This document shows, piece by piece, positions 22,986 to 34,900 of a stretch of DNA of 64,000 bases. Source of the DNA: Takakia lepidozioides (Eukaryota; Plantae; Bryophyta). The stretch lies in contig CM060733.1 of assembly GCA_030704615.1 (NCBI GenBank), positions 10,292,001 to 10,356,000 on the forward strand, in the 5' to 3' direction. The notes below the pieces were generated by a model. The model did no database searches. It was not told the origin of the DNA and saw only the letters and a list, made by a program, of their open reading frames with translations. Each line of letters starts with the position of its first letter. Position 1 is the first letter of the stretch. The position numbers and the translations under genes are program-made.

Positions 22986-23454
22986 CATCAACTATGCAAT
23001 GTGGTATGTGGACGACCATGATTTGAAATGTGTAATTCACATCAATTCGTCGGCAGTGCAATGATATGGCCTCCAACTATACGGAGTGAGCTCTGAGTGA
23101 CAACTTTTAGGTAGTGCACATTTGTCATTGCACCGTTCGAAGTCTACATGTCTTGCTGTCGCTATGCACTACAATCATCTTTTGAAGATGATCCTAACTC
23201 TCATTGTTATTTGAGGAGGGAGGAAGGTCTTCCCGTGGCAGCCTTTATGGCGCACACTTTGTGAGGATATTTTTTCGTCCTCGTAATTGTAAAAGTGAAA
23301 CAAGCATTTGTAATTGCACAATGTTGGATGCTGCAATTGTAGGCCTCAACGCTCGTCTTGATTCTATTTAGGCAAGATTCCCTGCATTAATTCCACGGTC
23401 ATAGGACCATCCTCGGTTATAGGCGGCGCATGTTAATGCTGACGTGGCAGATGA

Positions 23455-23591
23455 CGGACAGTGCCACGTCATCATTTACCGCCACATCAGCATGCTGACA
23501 TGACGCTCACGCCACGTCAGCGTGTGTGCAGGCTCACGCCACGGCACTCCTGCGTGAGCTCACGCGCAACGCTCACGCCATTGCGTCGTTG
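23455..23591. repeat. Right subterminal GCTCACGCC/GCCACGTCA motifs and TIR
   Basis: Motifs at ~23463, 23505, 23532, 23558 and 23571. Confidence 0.8.
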
Positions 23592-24720
23592 TCCTTGGAA
23601 CGGCATCTGGGTCTCCTTCAGGGAGCTTCGGAGTCCCGTCAGGATTGGACTTCCACATCTTCACGCTATTGTTTGTTGGAAGCCAATCCGAATCAGTAGC
23701 GGACTTCTTGTATTTCATGACGGGCCAGCCCTCCGCATCCTTAAAAAAATGGAAGACGTGCATCTCCGAAATCCCGACCAACGCCTCCTTTCCATCCAGA
23801 ATACAGCCCTTGACAAAATTCTTGAAGTCGAGAACCTCCTGAATAATCTGTGGAATGACCTCATAAAAGACCTCATCAAATCCGAAAGAATGTAGGTGTT
23901 TCGTTCCTTCAGCTTCTTCGAAAGGTAGCTGAAGAACCCGTCGATGTCCTCATGGGTGTGTCCGACCATTAGGAACCCTAGCTGGATTTCTTCAAAAACA
24001 TCTTTGGTGGTCAGGAGGGATAGAAAAGCAAACATCCATCTGTTCTTATTGTCCTTCGCAGAGTTGTCCATTTGCAAGTACAGTCTTCTCGGAAGTGGAC
24101 GAGCACCACGTTTGTCTTCCGGCCTGCAGGGTTTAAGAGCATCCAAACTTCTCGATTTACCTCTTAAAAGTGATTCGAAGAACTCGTTTTGAAGTCGGTA
24201 ATCAAAAATGTTCCTGGACTTGCGACATGTTGGTTTCTCCAGCTGGCGCAGACAACGTGCCAAAGAACCAATTGTAAAGTTTGAATTTCCCTTCCAGAAC
24301 TTAAGAGAACACTGACCGTAAGCTCCATCACCGTGTCCGTGCGTGACCATTCCCGTTAGTGAAACTGGAAGCTGACCCAATCCAGAAATCATCTTATTTG
24401 GAGTCTGTAGCCTTGGAACAACTGTTTTCCTATGATCCATTTTGTCGTGAATAATACAGAGAAACTCCTCCGGAATCAGACTCATTCCTCCAGCTATGGT
24501 ACAGTCTTCTGCACGACTCTTGGTGCCTCAAATGTTTATCAAGCGCTCGTTTGTGTGTAACCTGTTCCGCACTTCTCTTGACAGACTTTCTGATCAGGTC
24601 CTTGAACATCTCACACTCCGTGCACTTCGCAAATGTACTCCCAGTTTTACAAACCTCCACGTTAGGAAAAATCCGACTCCGGATGCGGCTAACAGCTGAT
24701 TGCGAGACTCCGTCCAACTC
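23592..24720 (-). pseudogene. Sola-like (DUF7869-type) transposase, catalytic part; frameshifted and apparently 5'-truncated
   Basis: FAKCTEC...HLRHQ; CIIHDKMD; YLQMDNSAKDNKN; FLMVGHTHEDIDGFFS. This D..DN..NKN..GHTH.DID pattern is the one I recognise for Sola-type transposases. Frameshifts near 24480 and 23860. Confidence 0.8.
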
Positions 24721-24899
24721 GAAAAGTCTGTTGGTCTGTTACAATAAGGCAGGGTCAGGAAAGGAACGTCCACTGGACAGTGGAGGTTCATGAAGCTAGA
24801 ACCACAGTCGAAAGAGACAAAATCGAAGGGATGATCATCCACATTGAATCAGAAAAATCTTCCAAGAAAGAAATTGAAGAATGAAGATTTCATACCTCG

Positions 24900-25803
24900 A
24901 CGAAAGTGGAGAAATTGTTTTGAAATGTACCATTGAAGCCTTATTGGAATGTCTTGCAGAAGAACAGTGGATTCCCGCGGGCTTGGATTGACAAGGCGCC
25001 ACAATATCCGAGGGAGTCCTCATGTGTTTGGAGTCCGCTCTTTTTTTCTTGTCAGCCTTTTGTCGTTTGGAATGATTCCCTGCAGAGGAAGGAAATGGCT
25101 CGGGTGTTGTTTTTCGCCTCTTTGATGCAGAACATTGTGCGAGCAGTTCAGGGTCACGCTGTGTCGATGTTGGAGATGTTTTGTCATTGAACGAGGGGAG
25201 AAGTGGAGGGGCAACAACAGACAAGCACATAAAATTGTCCCTTGAGCACTTGACATCCTGGATGGAAGGAAAATGCAACGAAGGAATAATTTACCTGGGA
25301 ACTGCATTCCAATGCAGACGTCGTTTGACAGGAAGGTATGTTTGGATCCCACAACAAAAAGAACCTGATTACCTTGGTATGTACTTATCCCACTGTTTAT
25401 TGTTTATGGAGAATTTGATCTTGAAAGTGTCTTCCATTTGCACTTTTACTTTATCATTTTTTCTACAAATGTTCCACATTTCAGCTGACATTTGTCATAT
25501 GAAAAATTGTTTTGCCCAGTCACATTCAAGGAGCGAATTCGAAAAGAAGAAGAAGAGCTTCGTGATTGGCAAGAATGGCGGGCTTCCCGGCAGGCTTCAA
25601 GGGCATCAAGAGATTCAACAAGTAGAGTTCCAAGTAACATTTCGGATGATAATGTTACTACTAGGTTCGAGTTTTCCGAAAGTATTTCCGTTTCATCTGG
25701 TGCGGAGACCGTTGCAAGTGGTTGTGGTAACCGGAGGCGTCTTCGAACACATGCCTTGACTGCGAGCCGTTTGGGAGGAGGTTCTGTAATATTAATGGGT
25801 TAG
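24900..25803 (+). pseudogene. Decayed spliced accessory gene of unknown function inside the Sola-like element
   Basis: Overlapping ORFs 24933-25190 and 25181-25376, a GT donor at ~25377, an AG acceptor at ~25484, then SYEKLFCPVTFKERIRKEEEELRDWQEWR...* ending at 25803. Confidence 0.45.
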
Positions 25804-27039
25804 TGTAAGCCGTTGTATGGTTTCGAGCGTTGGATAACATTAAGTCCAACGGATGTACAGTTGATGTTACATTAGGTCTGACTGCAACACCAAAGTTGCA
25901 ATCTCTAATAAAATATGAATGTTTATCATCAATGTATACGGACACATTCTTTCATATCATCCTCTTCATCACATGCCATGATTGTTCTATGCTTGGTTTT
26001 GTATGTCATCTGATATGGCAACCATTTTCTGCAAAAAGTTTTATATATCTGACCTCACATCATGGTGTAATTTATTGCATCCTCCCATTTTTTTCGTGAA
26101 CGTCAACTTGGCAGTGGATGTTCTTCTAAAACCATAATACATACTTATATTGTCTCCAAAAAATGTTTGGAGGATTATATTGTGTATAAAATAAACAAAA
26201 TTATCATATATATCGCTTTATTTCAATAATAAATTTTGTTTATTCATATTTCTCATATTATTTCTGGACCAAATAAAAGTCCATAATTAGTTAAAATACT
26301 GTTTTAATTAGAGAAGTACTGAAAATCTACATACATGTATATGTACAATGACTGCAAGGACTATGCATGTGCAAAGAGATCACAACTTTGAGGTAATTTG
26401 ATTCCGCGCTCCAGGGAGTGAAATTTTTTGAAGCCCTTATACACTGTAGGCTAGGCTCTAAGCACACAACTATATGCTTTAGATGCGGAGTGAAAGCGGA
26501 GGCCCCACGGGAACCCGTGGCAGCCCCGTTGAGAGCTCCCCTAAGAGCCCCACTGACAAGTACCAAAAGGTTGTCAATAGCTTATGTCTATCAGCGAGGC
26601 CAGATACGGGGGGACAAAGAGATCAAAAGTTAAAATGAACGGCAGCACAAGGAGAGCGAAGGTTTAGATAGCAAGATAACAGAGCATGAGAAATCGCTCA
26701 AGGTACTCAAATTTCTTTAATTGATTACTATAAAGAGTTCTTACATTTAGGTTTCACTGAAAATACAAGTTTTAACTTGTAACTCTTCTTGTCGATGAAC
26801 CCTTGATGACAATGTTGATCGGGCTGCTGCATATTCAACTGATCAGATTCTGAATTTTCTGAATCCTGATTCTGTCTGCAAATCTGTATAAACTTGTTAT
26901 GTTGTTTAAATGTGCAGAAATTAAACCAGTACGAAATTTATTTGCAAAAGACCTTGGCTTGTCTCTGGTTAATGAACGTTGGTTTCATAAGCTAGATTCA
27001 TGGGACGGGTATGCATCAGAAGTTTAGCAAGGACTATCA

Positions 27040-27160
27040 TACAGGTAACTAGGGCAAAATAAATGAGAAGCAAGCCACTCATCAATGCATTTGATATGGG
27101 AGTGGTGGTTGCACTTGGGCATCGAGCGTACTTCTTCATTCTCCTTGAAATCTTCCATAG
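27040..27160 (-). pseudogene. RING-H2 (ATL-type) E3 ligase fragment
   Basis: DFKENEEVRSMPKCNHHSHIKCIDEWLASHLFCP matches the 3' half of the ATL RING-H2 motif; the first Cys pair is missing. Confidence 0.7.
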
Positions 27161-27719
27161 ATTCAACACTTGAATAATTTTCAACCCATACAATCCTTGT
27201 CACAAGAATCATCCAAAATTATCGAGTAAGAAATTATAATCTTCCGACGGCTTATAACGTCAATGTTCAGGCCTAATCTTCAATATCTCATAATCTATAA
27301 ATGTTCGTCCAATATTTGAAATGAACGTTATGTTTTATTTGATATTTTTGTTAGATTCCGAAGGTGCCGAGGGAATATTTTTTCAATATATCGTGGAATC
27401 CGTCGATGTGAGGAATGTCCACACTATGTCTCACGCTCCTCATCTAGTAAAATAAAATCATCCATGCCAACACGTATTGCGACACCTGTTTGCCAAGATA
27501 TTTAGAATATACCAACTTTTGGTCGACCGAGTTCCAAGATTGTATTGTTATTTTCTAAGGGCTTGAAGATACATTCAAAATTGTTGGAGTAAGAAAATAT
27601 GTTTTTTTTCTCAACAACTACGTTACCACCTCCTATGTGCATAGTACCCAAAAGTAAGGTGTATTTGAAGTCGGCAAACATCTACTTACTCAATTACATT
27701 TACTTGGATATTTTATGTG

Positions 27720-28160
27720 TGGAGACATTTGCAATTGATTTGAGAATTTTGTTGGACTTCGGAGTTGTTGAAAGAGTGGAATACGACATTGGAAGGGGTC
27801 TCTGGACTGTGCTGAGAACAAATCAATTCAGTCATTTGATACACAATTACCTCATGGAGAGTAGCGGACGGTTGTTGCTCATTGGCGGCGTGGTTACTTC
27901 TAACCTTCGACTCACAAAAGAAAGCATAGGGTTGTGGGAGTTCATGTTCGCCACTTAAGAGTGGAAGGCGTTAGGGCGAATGTCCACCATACTTTTCCGA
28001 GAATTCACTGATCTGAATTGGAATATCTGGATCCAGGTTTAGGAGCTCTACCTACAACTGTGATTATGACAAATTTCAAGGCCTAGTATTCAATTAGTCC
28101 ATGCCATCTCCAATGACGTTGGGGTATGACTTGGTGCATGCGTCTTGGGAGTTTTATTGG
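27720..28160 (+). pseudogene. F-box/kelch-type beta-propeller gene fragment
   Basis: YDIGRGLW...YLMESSGRLLLIGGV...IGLWEF...*EWKALGRM, with an internal stop. Confidence 0.55.
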
Positions 28161-31100
28161 GTTCCCTCCGTGCCAGAAAAACAATGGTAAAAAGTGTGTG
28201 GGAGGAGGATAGACATGTGTATGCAGACATTGTGAGCCACTTGAAGGAGTATCTCATTCAATACGTCGAATCCATCAATGTGAGGAATGTCTTCAAAACT
28301 TACCAACTTTTGGAATATTAAGCTCCAAGATTGCATTGTTAGCCTCTAAACGCTTGAAGAGGATCCTCATGCAGGCCTTGAGCACCTTGATCATGCCATT
28401 GGCACTCAAGACCCAGGTCCACGAGGTTGTCAACAATGGCGAAGCAGGCGTGTACTGGAAGATTTACCAACTACTGGTGCAGAACTAACTCCTGATCTCA
28501 CCTTCTTGAGAGATCGTGCCTATTCAACCTAGGTAGAAAGGCTGTCGCATTTGTTGACATGCTTCTCATTCCCTTTCTAGCTTTCACGGTATTGTCATGA
28601 GGCGATGACACAACATGTCTACATTGATGAACTTGAGTTGACCGATGACTTTGATGTTAGTAAAGAGGCTTTGCAAGTCTTGGTGGAGGTAGCACATGTA
28701 TGAGAGCACCTGCACACCTTTAGGATAAGGGCAAAGAAAGAAAGAGAGTTTACCACAATGTGATTTGCAGTGCATGCTCTTTAGAGTGGTCTGGACCTTG
28801 TCCTGATTGACATCATAACCAAGTGGAGGTGATACTCTGAATTACTGCAAGCAAGATAGTCTCATTTCCAATCAAAGTATGCTCTCTTCTAACCAACAAA
28901 CAAAAACACACCAGGCCTTCAACTCCAACTTCTGCAATTGATGCCCATTAAGAACTCCATGGAATAACAATGGGTTTGAATAGCCTAATAGATCACTGAG
29001 TATCAAATGTCTAGAGCTCGTAGCTAGCTTTGTCTTCATCAGATTCACCATTGAGTAGTCTGTGGAGCTTTGAAGAAACCTATTAAAAATACAAATTTTG
29101 CACAAACTTTGTTATGAAAAAAGATCTAGCTTCAAGTTCATTTTTGCCACCTTGACACTCTCTGCTCCACCCGCTGCAACAACCAGTGAAGTGCATTGCC
29201 TCAGGATTATATCTACAAGTTGACCAATAAGAGAGACAATAACACCAATTGGAGCTTGACATAACTTTTGCAATCAGGGCTTCTTGTGCTCACTTCTGCC
29301 AAAGTCTCAAAAGCCCCGATGGCCCCAATTTGGAGAGGTGAAGAGAGACAAATGAAGAAGGAACTATGCTTCTTTGTAGACCATGAATCATTGACCATTT
29401 CAAAGGGTGAGACAGTGACCTACAACCAACAAAGCAACAAAGGGCTGGAGATAGAGCTTTAGACAAGAAATATTTGGGATTTAAGATTCATCCGGTAGGG
29501 TCAGGAAAGTGTCATGGTAGCTCTCAAGCTCCAACATTCACCTTGCCACTAGCTCGAAGATGTATATGACTAATTTGATTCTTTGACAAACTTTGTGATC
29601 AGGCTCTTGTATGCAATTTTGTAGAAAATTTTTCTACGCACTAACATGGTAGGTATGTTGTTTCCTTGGAAGATGGGTAGCAGCTTGGGGATACAACTCC
29701 CCTGACACATTTCGTACAAAGTTTGGTGGACAAGGTTCGAGAAAGGAAACACAAAAATAATGTTTCATTTCAACTTGACAAAGTTTGTGGACCTATAATG
29801 TAAAAGCTCAGCCTTAATATTTAATATCTCATAATCCAAAAAAGCCACATGCGAAATATTTTATATGCAGTCAAAGTGACATGTGTAATACCATTTACTG
29901 AATTAGATAAGTACACTTTTCAAAATGGAGAATTGGTAGAATCTTGACTCTCCTTGCATAGATATCATATGCTCGCACACATCCAAACATGTCATTGTAC
30001 ATATATTTTTCTCCATAACATCCGACATGGACTTCAAACTCCAAACCATGGCCGATAAACTTTGGCTCAAAGTCTTGACAATTGAACGTAATCAAGTACA
30101 AGATTGAATTGACGAACACAAAATATTTGATCATCCTCATGACAGACCCAAAACTCTCAAATGGAGGTTTAGTATCCCATATGAAGACAAGAATCTTGTC
30201 TTGATTTTCCTAATTGCCTAAAAGTTCCTCCCATCCATCACTCCTAATCACACACCGCACCAAAACCCGCAATTGTTTTTGGTCAAGTTGACTTTCCGTG
30301 CAAATTGATAATGCAAATGGTGATAAATTTATTGCATGATTTTGTCTTTTAAAAAAAAACCAAAAAAGGGACAGAGGCCCTGTAAATCATATTAAATATA
30401 AGGACGAGAAAAAATAACCTGTGTGAAAAACAAACCATAAAGCGTGTTAAGGGGATACCACCCTTAGCCAAATTCCATTTTTGTTTGCTCACAATTTCAA
30501 GACTCAACTGAATCAATGTAGTAATGTAGGTTTGACACATGCAAAATATCTCAATATTTACATCCGATGCAAGTGCGCTAAATTTTGCTGGCAAGTGAGT
30601 AAGGAAATTCGACATGCGTGGGCTAAACTTTGTGCAGATATCGACGGGGCTCCGCAACGTCAGCTTTCTCTCCTCGCCACCTTCCAGGTTAAGCCTGGGG
30701 CAATCGGTTTTCGCTCGTTTTCTAATGAAGAATCTAAGTTTTTTTGATAGCCATGTGCTCCTCTGAGTAATAGCCAGCTTGGAGAAAGCTCCAGGCTTGG
30801 CGCACCTCTCTCGGCAGCCATGCAATCCCCATATAATAGCTACTAAACTGCATAGAGACCACTGGCAATAGCCATGTGCTCCTCTAAGCAATAGCCACCT
30901 TTCTGCCACTGCATACTTGGCTCTCCTCTCTTGGGGCATGCAATACCAAGGTAGAAACTCGTTTGGCCGACCGGGAACTGTGGCCATGCAATCACCATAT
31001 ATGCCCACGTGGGACGCCTATGCAATAGCCATGAGACTGCTCCCTCCTCCTCTCTTTTAGACACCCCTTGGATGTCAACTACCCATTGCGGAATTTTTTT

Positions 31101-31944
31101 TTCCATTCGACTTGGGGTACATATTTGAGGCTATAGCATACCCATGGGGAAATCCAAAATCTACCCTCTTGCCCATAAGATGCTTTTTAGACCACAACAT
31201 CCATGGATTCATCTTTCAGCAATTTTTTGGTAACAAACTTTTATCGTGCATGAATGCCAATATCCTGGGGCAACTTCGCACTGTACTACCTCGACAATCT
31301 TTACAAATTGGGGCTTGAAACTAGTGGAAGGAGATAAAGGAGCGAGCTATGTATAAGCATAAACAGCAAGACACAACCACGCCACGAAACTACCTAAGGT
31401 GATAGCAACAGATAAAACATCTACACTTGACTTTTTCTTTTTCAAGAGACCATCAGCCTTCCCTTCATGCACCATGATAGAGCCCTCAAGTCATCAATAA
31501 TGACAATGAACTTCATGCCAATCCACGTAACGAACATGACCAATTTACAATGTCTTGTCAACAACTGTCGTGATAATACACATTCTGGCGGATTAAAAAG
31601 CTATTCGCACACCTCAACATCTGTCCTATGAAATACAGCAGCATCACCTCAGCATGCAATATGAAAAGGTATCACCTCCCAAGAACACAACTGGCCAAGC
31701 TCGTCCCCCCAATGATAAGGTAACCAAAAGCACAACGATGGGGCTATGCCCTTTATAGAGACAGAACAGTTACCAACATGGAGCGGCCCACTTTCTGCGC
31801 ATCATCGCAGGTACTGAAAACCCACTCAGCAAAGACTGCCTGTGACTTGGACAGTCATGGTATGGCCAAATGACCATACAGACTGAAAACCAGAAATCTG
31901 ACGATGAGGTAGTCTGCAAGAAAGACATGCTGGAGCGCATGTAC

Positions 31945-34900
31945 TCATTGTGCTTGATCCAACTCCAACACTGATAAAAGCAGCCGACGATTGTTCATGC
32001 CAGGAAGCTTAATCTTGCTTTTTGGATTGGTAACCTGTGGCCCCCACATCCTCAACTCACAGTTGGACTCATGGCGTATATACAGATTATTAAAAAAACG
32101 AGTGCCTGGCATTACTGTGGATGTTGATAAGTTCCCCTTCTTTTTATTCTCTCTCTCTTGCATCCTGTGGACGTACTCATACCGTCTGTCTCTATGCATA
32201 TGAGTAGTGCTCTCTGTTGAACAGTCCTGCTGCAAGTTTCAAGACCTCCTGTGACTAATAAGGTTCAAGAGCTCCTGACATCAGATCAAAGACTACATAA
32301 GTACTCAGTAGTCAATGCTTGTTGACCCAAGTAACTTCATTTGTTAGCTGTGATGCGTTCCCACCCACTCCATCCAACCTCAACTACATTCATAGCAACA
32401 CTTCTCAGCTCTAGTATTCATTGCCAACAGAAGTGTTTATTGTAGAGACAAGGAGTAGCTGCAGAGTAAGTGGTCAACAGATAGAGAGTGAACTATAAGG
32501 ATTCCAATGCAAACTGCAGTTTTATAACATTAGTCCATGGACATTAGCTTGAGTCCAGTGACAACAGCTTCAGGAGTGAACCCATATGGGAAGTAGCTCG
32601 TAGTCAATTAGGAATGTAGATGATACCCAACACACAAATAAATAAGGGGAAAGAACAGTAGTCACCTTGACCACAATAACAGCAACAATACCACCAACAA
32701 TCAGAAACAGGAAAAACATGATACATCGGTCGGTTGCCATCTACACACAGTCCACACAACATAAGTATTAGAGAAAAGAATGGAACCCTCTCTATCCAAA
32801 CTTCTTATGTGCTGCAGACAAGCTTGGACTATTAACGTGCTGTAAAGTCATTAGCCCTCCACCTCACTGCCTTGGAATCTTCGAAGCGTTCACTGGAATG
32901 TTGCTGATCCACATGGTTTTCCACTTTGTCAATCAGCATATCTTCACCACATGGAGGCTCAGAGGAGGAATAGTCCCGCTCGAACGCAAGGCACTAGAAC
33001 TTGCTTTCAGTGAAACCAGCCTGGGTTGGTCCTTCCTTTCAATTGGACCCCAAAGAAAGCATTCAGGACTTCCTTCTGACTGCTTCAGAGGGTTCATATC
33101 ATTTAACTCTCTCAGTGTTTGGTAGGTGGTTGTGGCAAGATGGTACAGGGTTCAAACCTTCCTGCTAGAGAGGCACCATGCTCTGACATGAAACCAGAAT
33201 CCCTGATAAGAACAGGTATGGACAAAATATCAAGAGGTGACACATAAGAATAAAATCACCGAACACCCCTGGGATGAAGCTGTTTGCGGATCCAGATTGC
33301 GTGTATCTGGAAGATGAATTAACTTCTATTAACAAAAAGTGATTGCTGTGATCAGACGTACCTGCCTACCAATCTCTTTCACAAGCTGCGCAGCTTTTTT
33401 AATGGAAAACTGGATGGTATCTAACTCGTTCACAATCCTGCCCAGTTGCTCTGTCTGCATTGGATACCCAAAACAAATCCCAGCTTTAAGTGGGTGTAGC
33501 TCTACCTTAGCAAGGGCAACTGTGAAGGGCTGCGATGCAAGAAGGTGCATTCATCCACCTTTAATAAGAATTACCTATGTTGTTGATATCGCCCAAATTA
33601 AAAAATGGTACAAAACGACTAATGCTTAAAAGGGCATGCGAGGCTGTTACAGGAGCACGGGTAGATGTTGCTGGAGCAAGAGACTTGAAACTTTTCTTAT
33701 ATCCTGTTTCTGCGTCTATGGATCTATATCCCTCTCAAGGCTTGGTTGGCACACAAGGTAGCGGAGCATGTAACAATGTGAGATTATAAAAAGTGTTCCT
33801 TGAATTGGTACAATCAGCTTTTTCTAGTAGAAACTAAGCCCTTGAAGGAATCACAGCAACAGTTGGCTCAGGTCACAAATTTCGGCAGCCTTCAGCCACC
33901 GCAATTGTAAGTGCCAGAGAGGAATTGTGCCAGTTCCTTTGGGAGACAGTGTACATATTAAGCTTTAAAGTTGTTGTCCACATTCCATGCTGTTACCAGG
34001 CTTGTGACAGAATCAACCCTGTCATGGATAACACATTATAATGCCATGCATACCTGCGACTTGAGTGTCAAAGCTGTCTCCGTACCAATACTGACAGTGT
34101 CTTCAACAACCTATGCATGACAAAAACATGAAAGAAAACTCAACAATCAGTACGAGGGATGCCAGACAACATATTGTTTCTCATTGCATTCTAGGATAAG
34201 TGATTGAGATGTAACACTATCCAGGTATCCGTAGAAGTTGCAATAGGCATTTGATAGTAAAAGGTAATGGCCTTCTTGCATACTCATAAGCATTCTTGAA
34301 GAAACTCTGACAGCTGGGACAGCCCATTTGGATAACCATAAAACTTTGGTAGATCAAATTCACATGCCTTCCACCGGTTGCCAAGATCGCACTGGGAGAG
34401 AATACCTTAACCAATTGCTTCAAGTCTGCTTTTCTGAATTTAATAGGTATTACATTTTAATACTCCACTCTCTCTGGCACATTATTTGTTTTTGCTTCTC
34501 TCTCTCTCTCTCTCTCTCTCGCAGCCTGGAGGAGATTCTCAAGGACCTGGATCCGCAAGCCTTGACCCTGCTGGATAAATCTGACTTAGAGGCTGTAGTG
34601 TCCACAGCCATGTCTGTTGCCATGAGATGTCTGATGAAAATGAAGTTAGGCAGAAAACTTCCCTGAACTTGTTTCCAGTCAGTGACATGGGGGAGGACAT
34701 CTTGGATGACCTCAAGGGTCTACCCACTCTCGGCACTAGACTGAAATTTAAACTCAGGGCAGGAAGCCTACCTTTGACAGCAAACAGAAGCAGAGAGGAC
34801 CAAAGAGACGCTCTCTTCAATTCTATCAAGGGAATTGTGCCTGTACCCCTGTTTAACAACTTTGAAAGTCTCGAGGCTGAGCCAAAAGCCCAGGCCCTCC

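Larger units (their letters stand above)
11959..23591 (+). mobile_element. Mutator-like (MULE) DNA transposon, 11.6 kb, with divergent transposase and ParB-methyltransferase-like cargo gene
   Basis: Perfect 9-bp TSD TCCTTGGAA at 11950-11958 and 23592-23600. Imperfect 21-bp TIR: CAGGGATGCCTCGGCGTGAGC versus CAACGACGCAATGGCGTGAGC (15/21 identical). Subterminal GCTCACGCC(ACGTCA) repeats at both ends. Excision restores the host reading frame. Confidence 0.92.
8374..26310 (-). mobile_element. Sola-like (DUF7869-type DDD) DNA transposon, decayed; boundaries tentative; interrupted by a Mutator-like element
   Basis: Degenerate inverted repeat TACTTAAAACCCTATTTTAATTAATTCTGGACTTTT (8374-8409) versus the reverse complement of 26275-26310. 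Encloses the split transposase and four copies of a 26-bp palindrome (8604, 11047, 24764, 26098). No TSD identified. Confidence 0.55.

Noticed and set aside
28380-29760. Possible decayed retroelement
   Set aside because: No recognisable RT, integrase or endonuclease motif.
30349-31106. 219-aa and 87-aa minus-strand ORFs
   Set aside because: They arise from a ~120-bp local duplication rich in AATAGCCATG and show no protein motifs.
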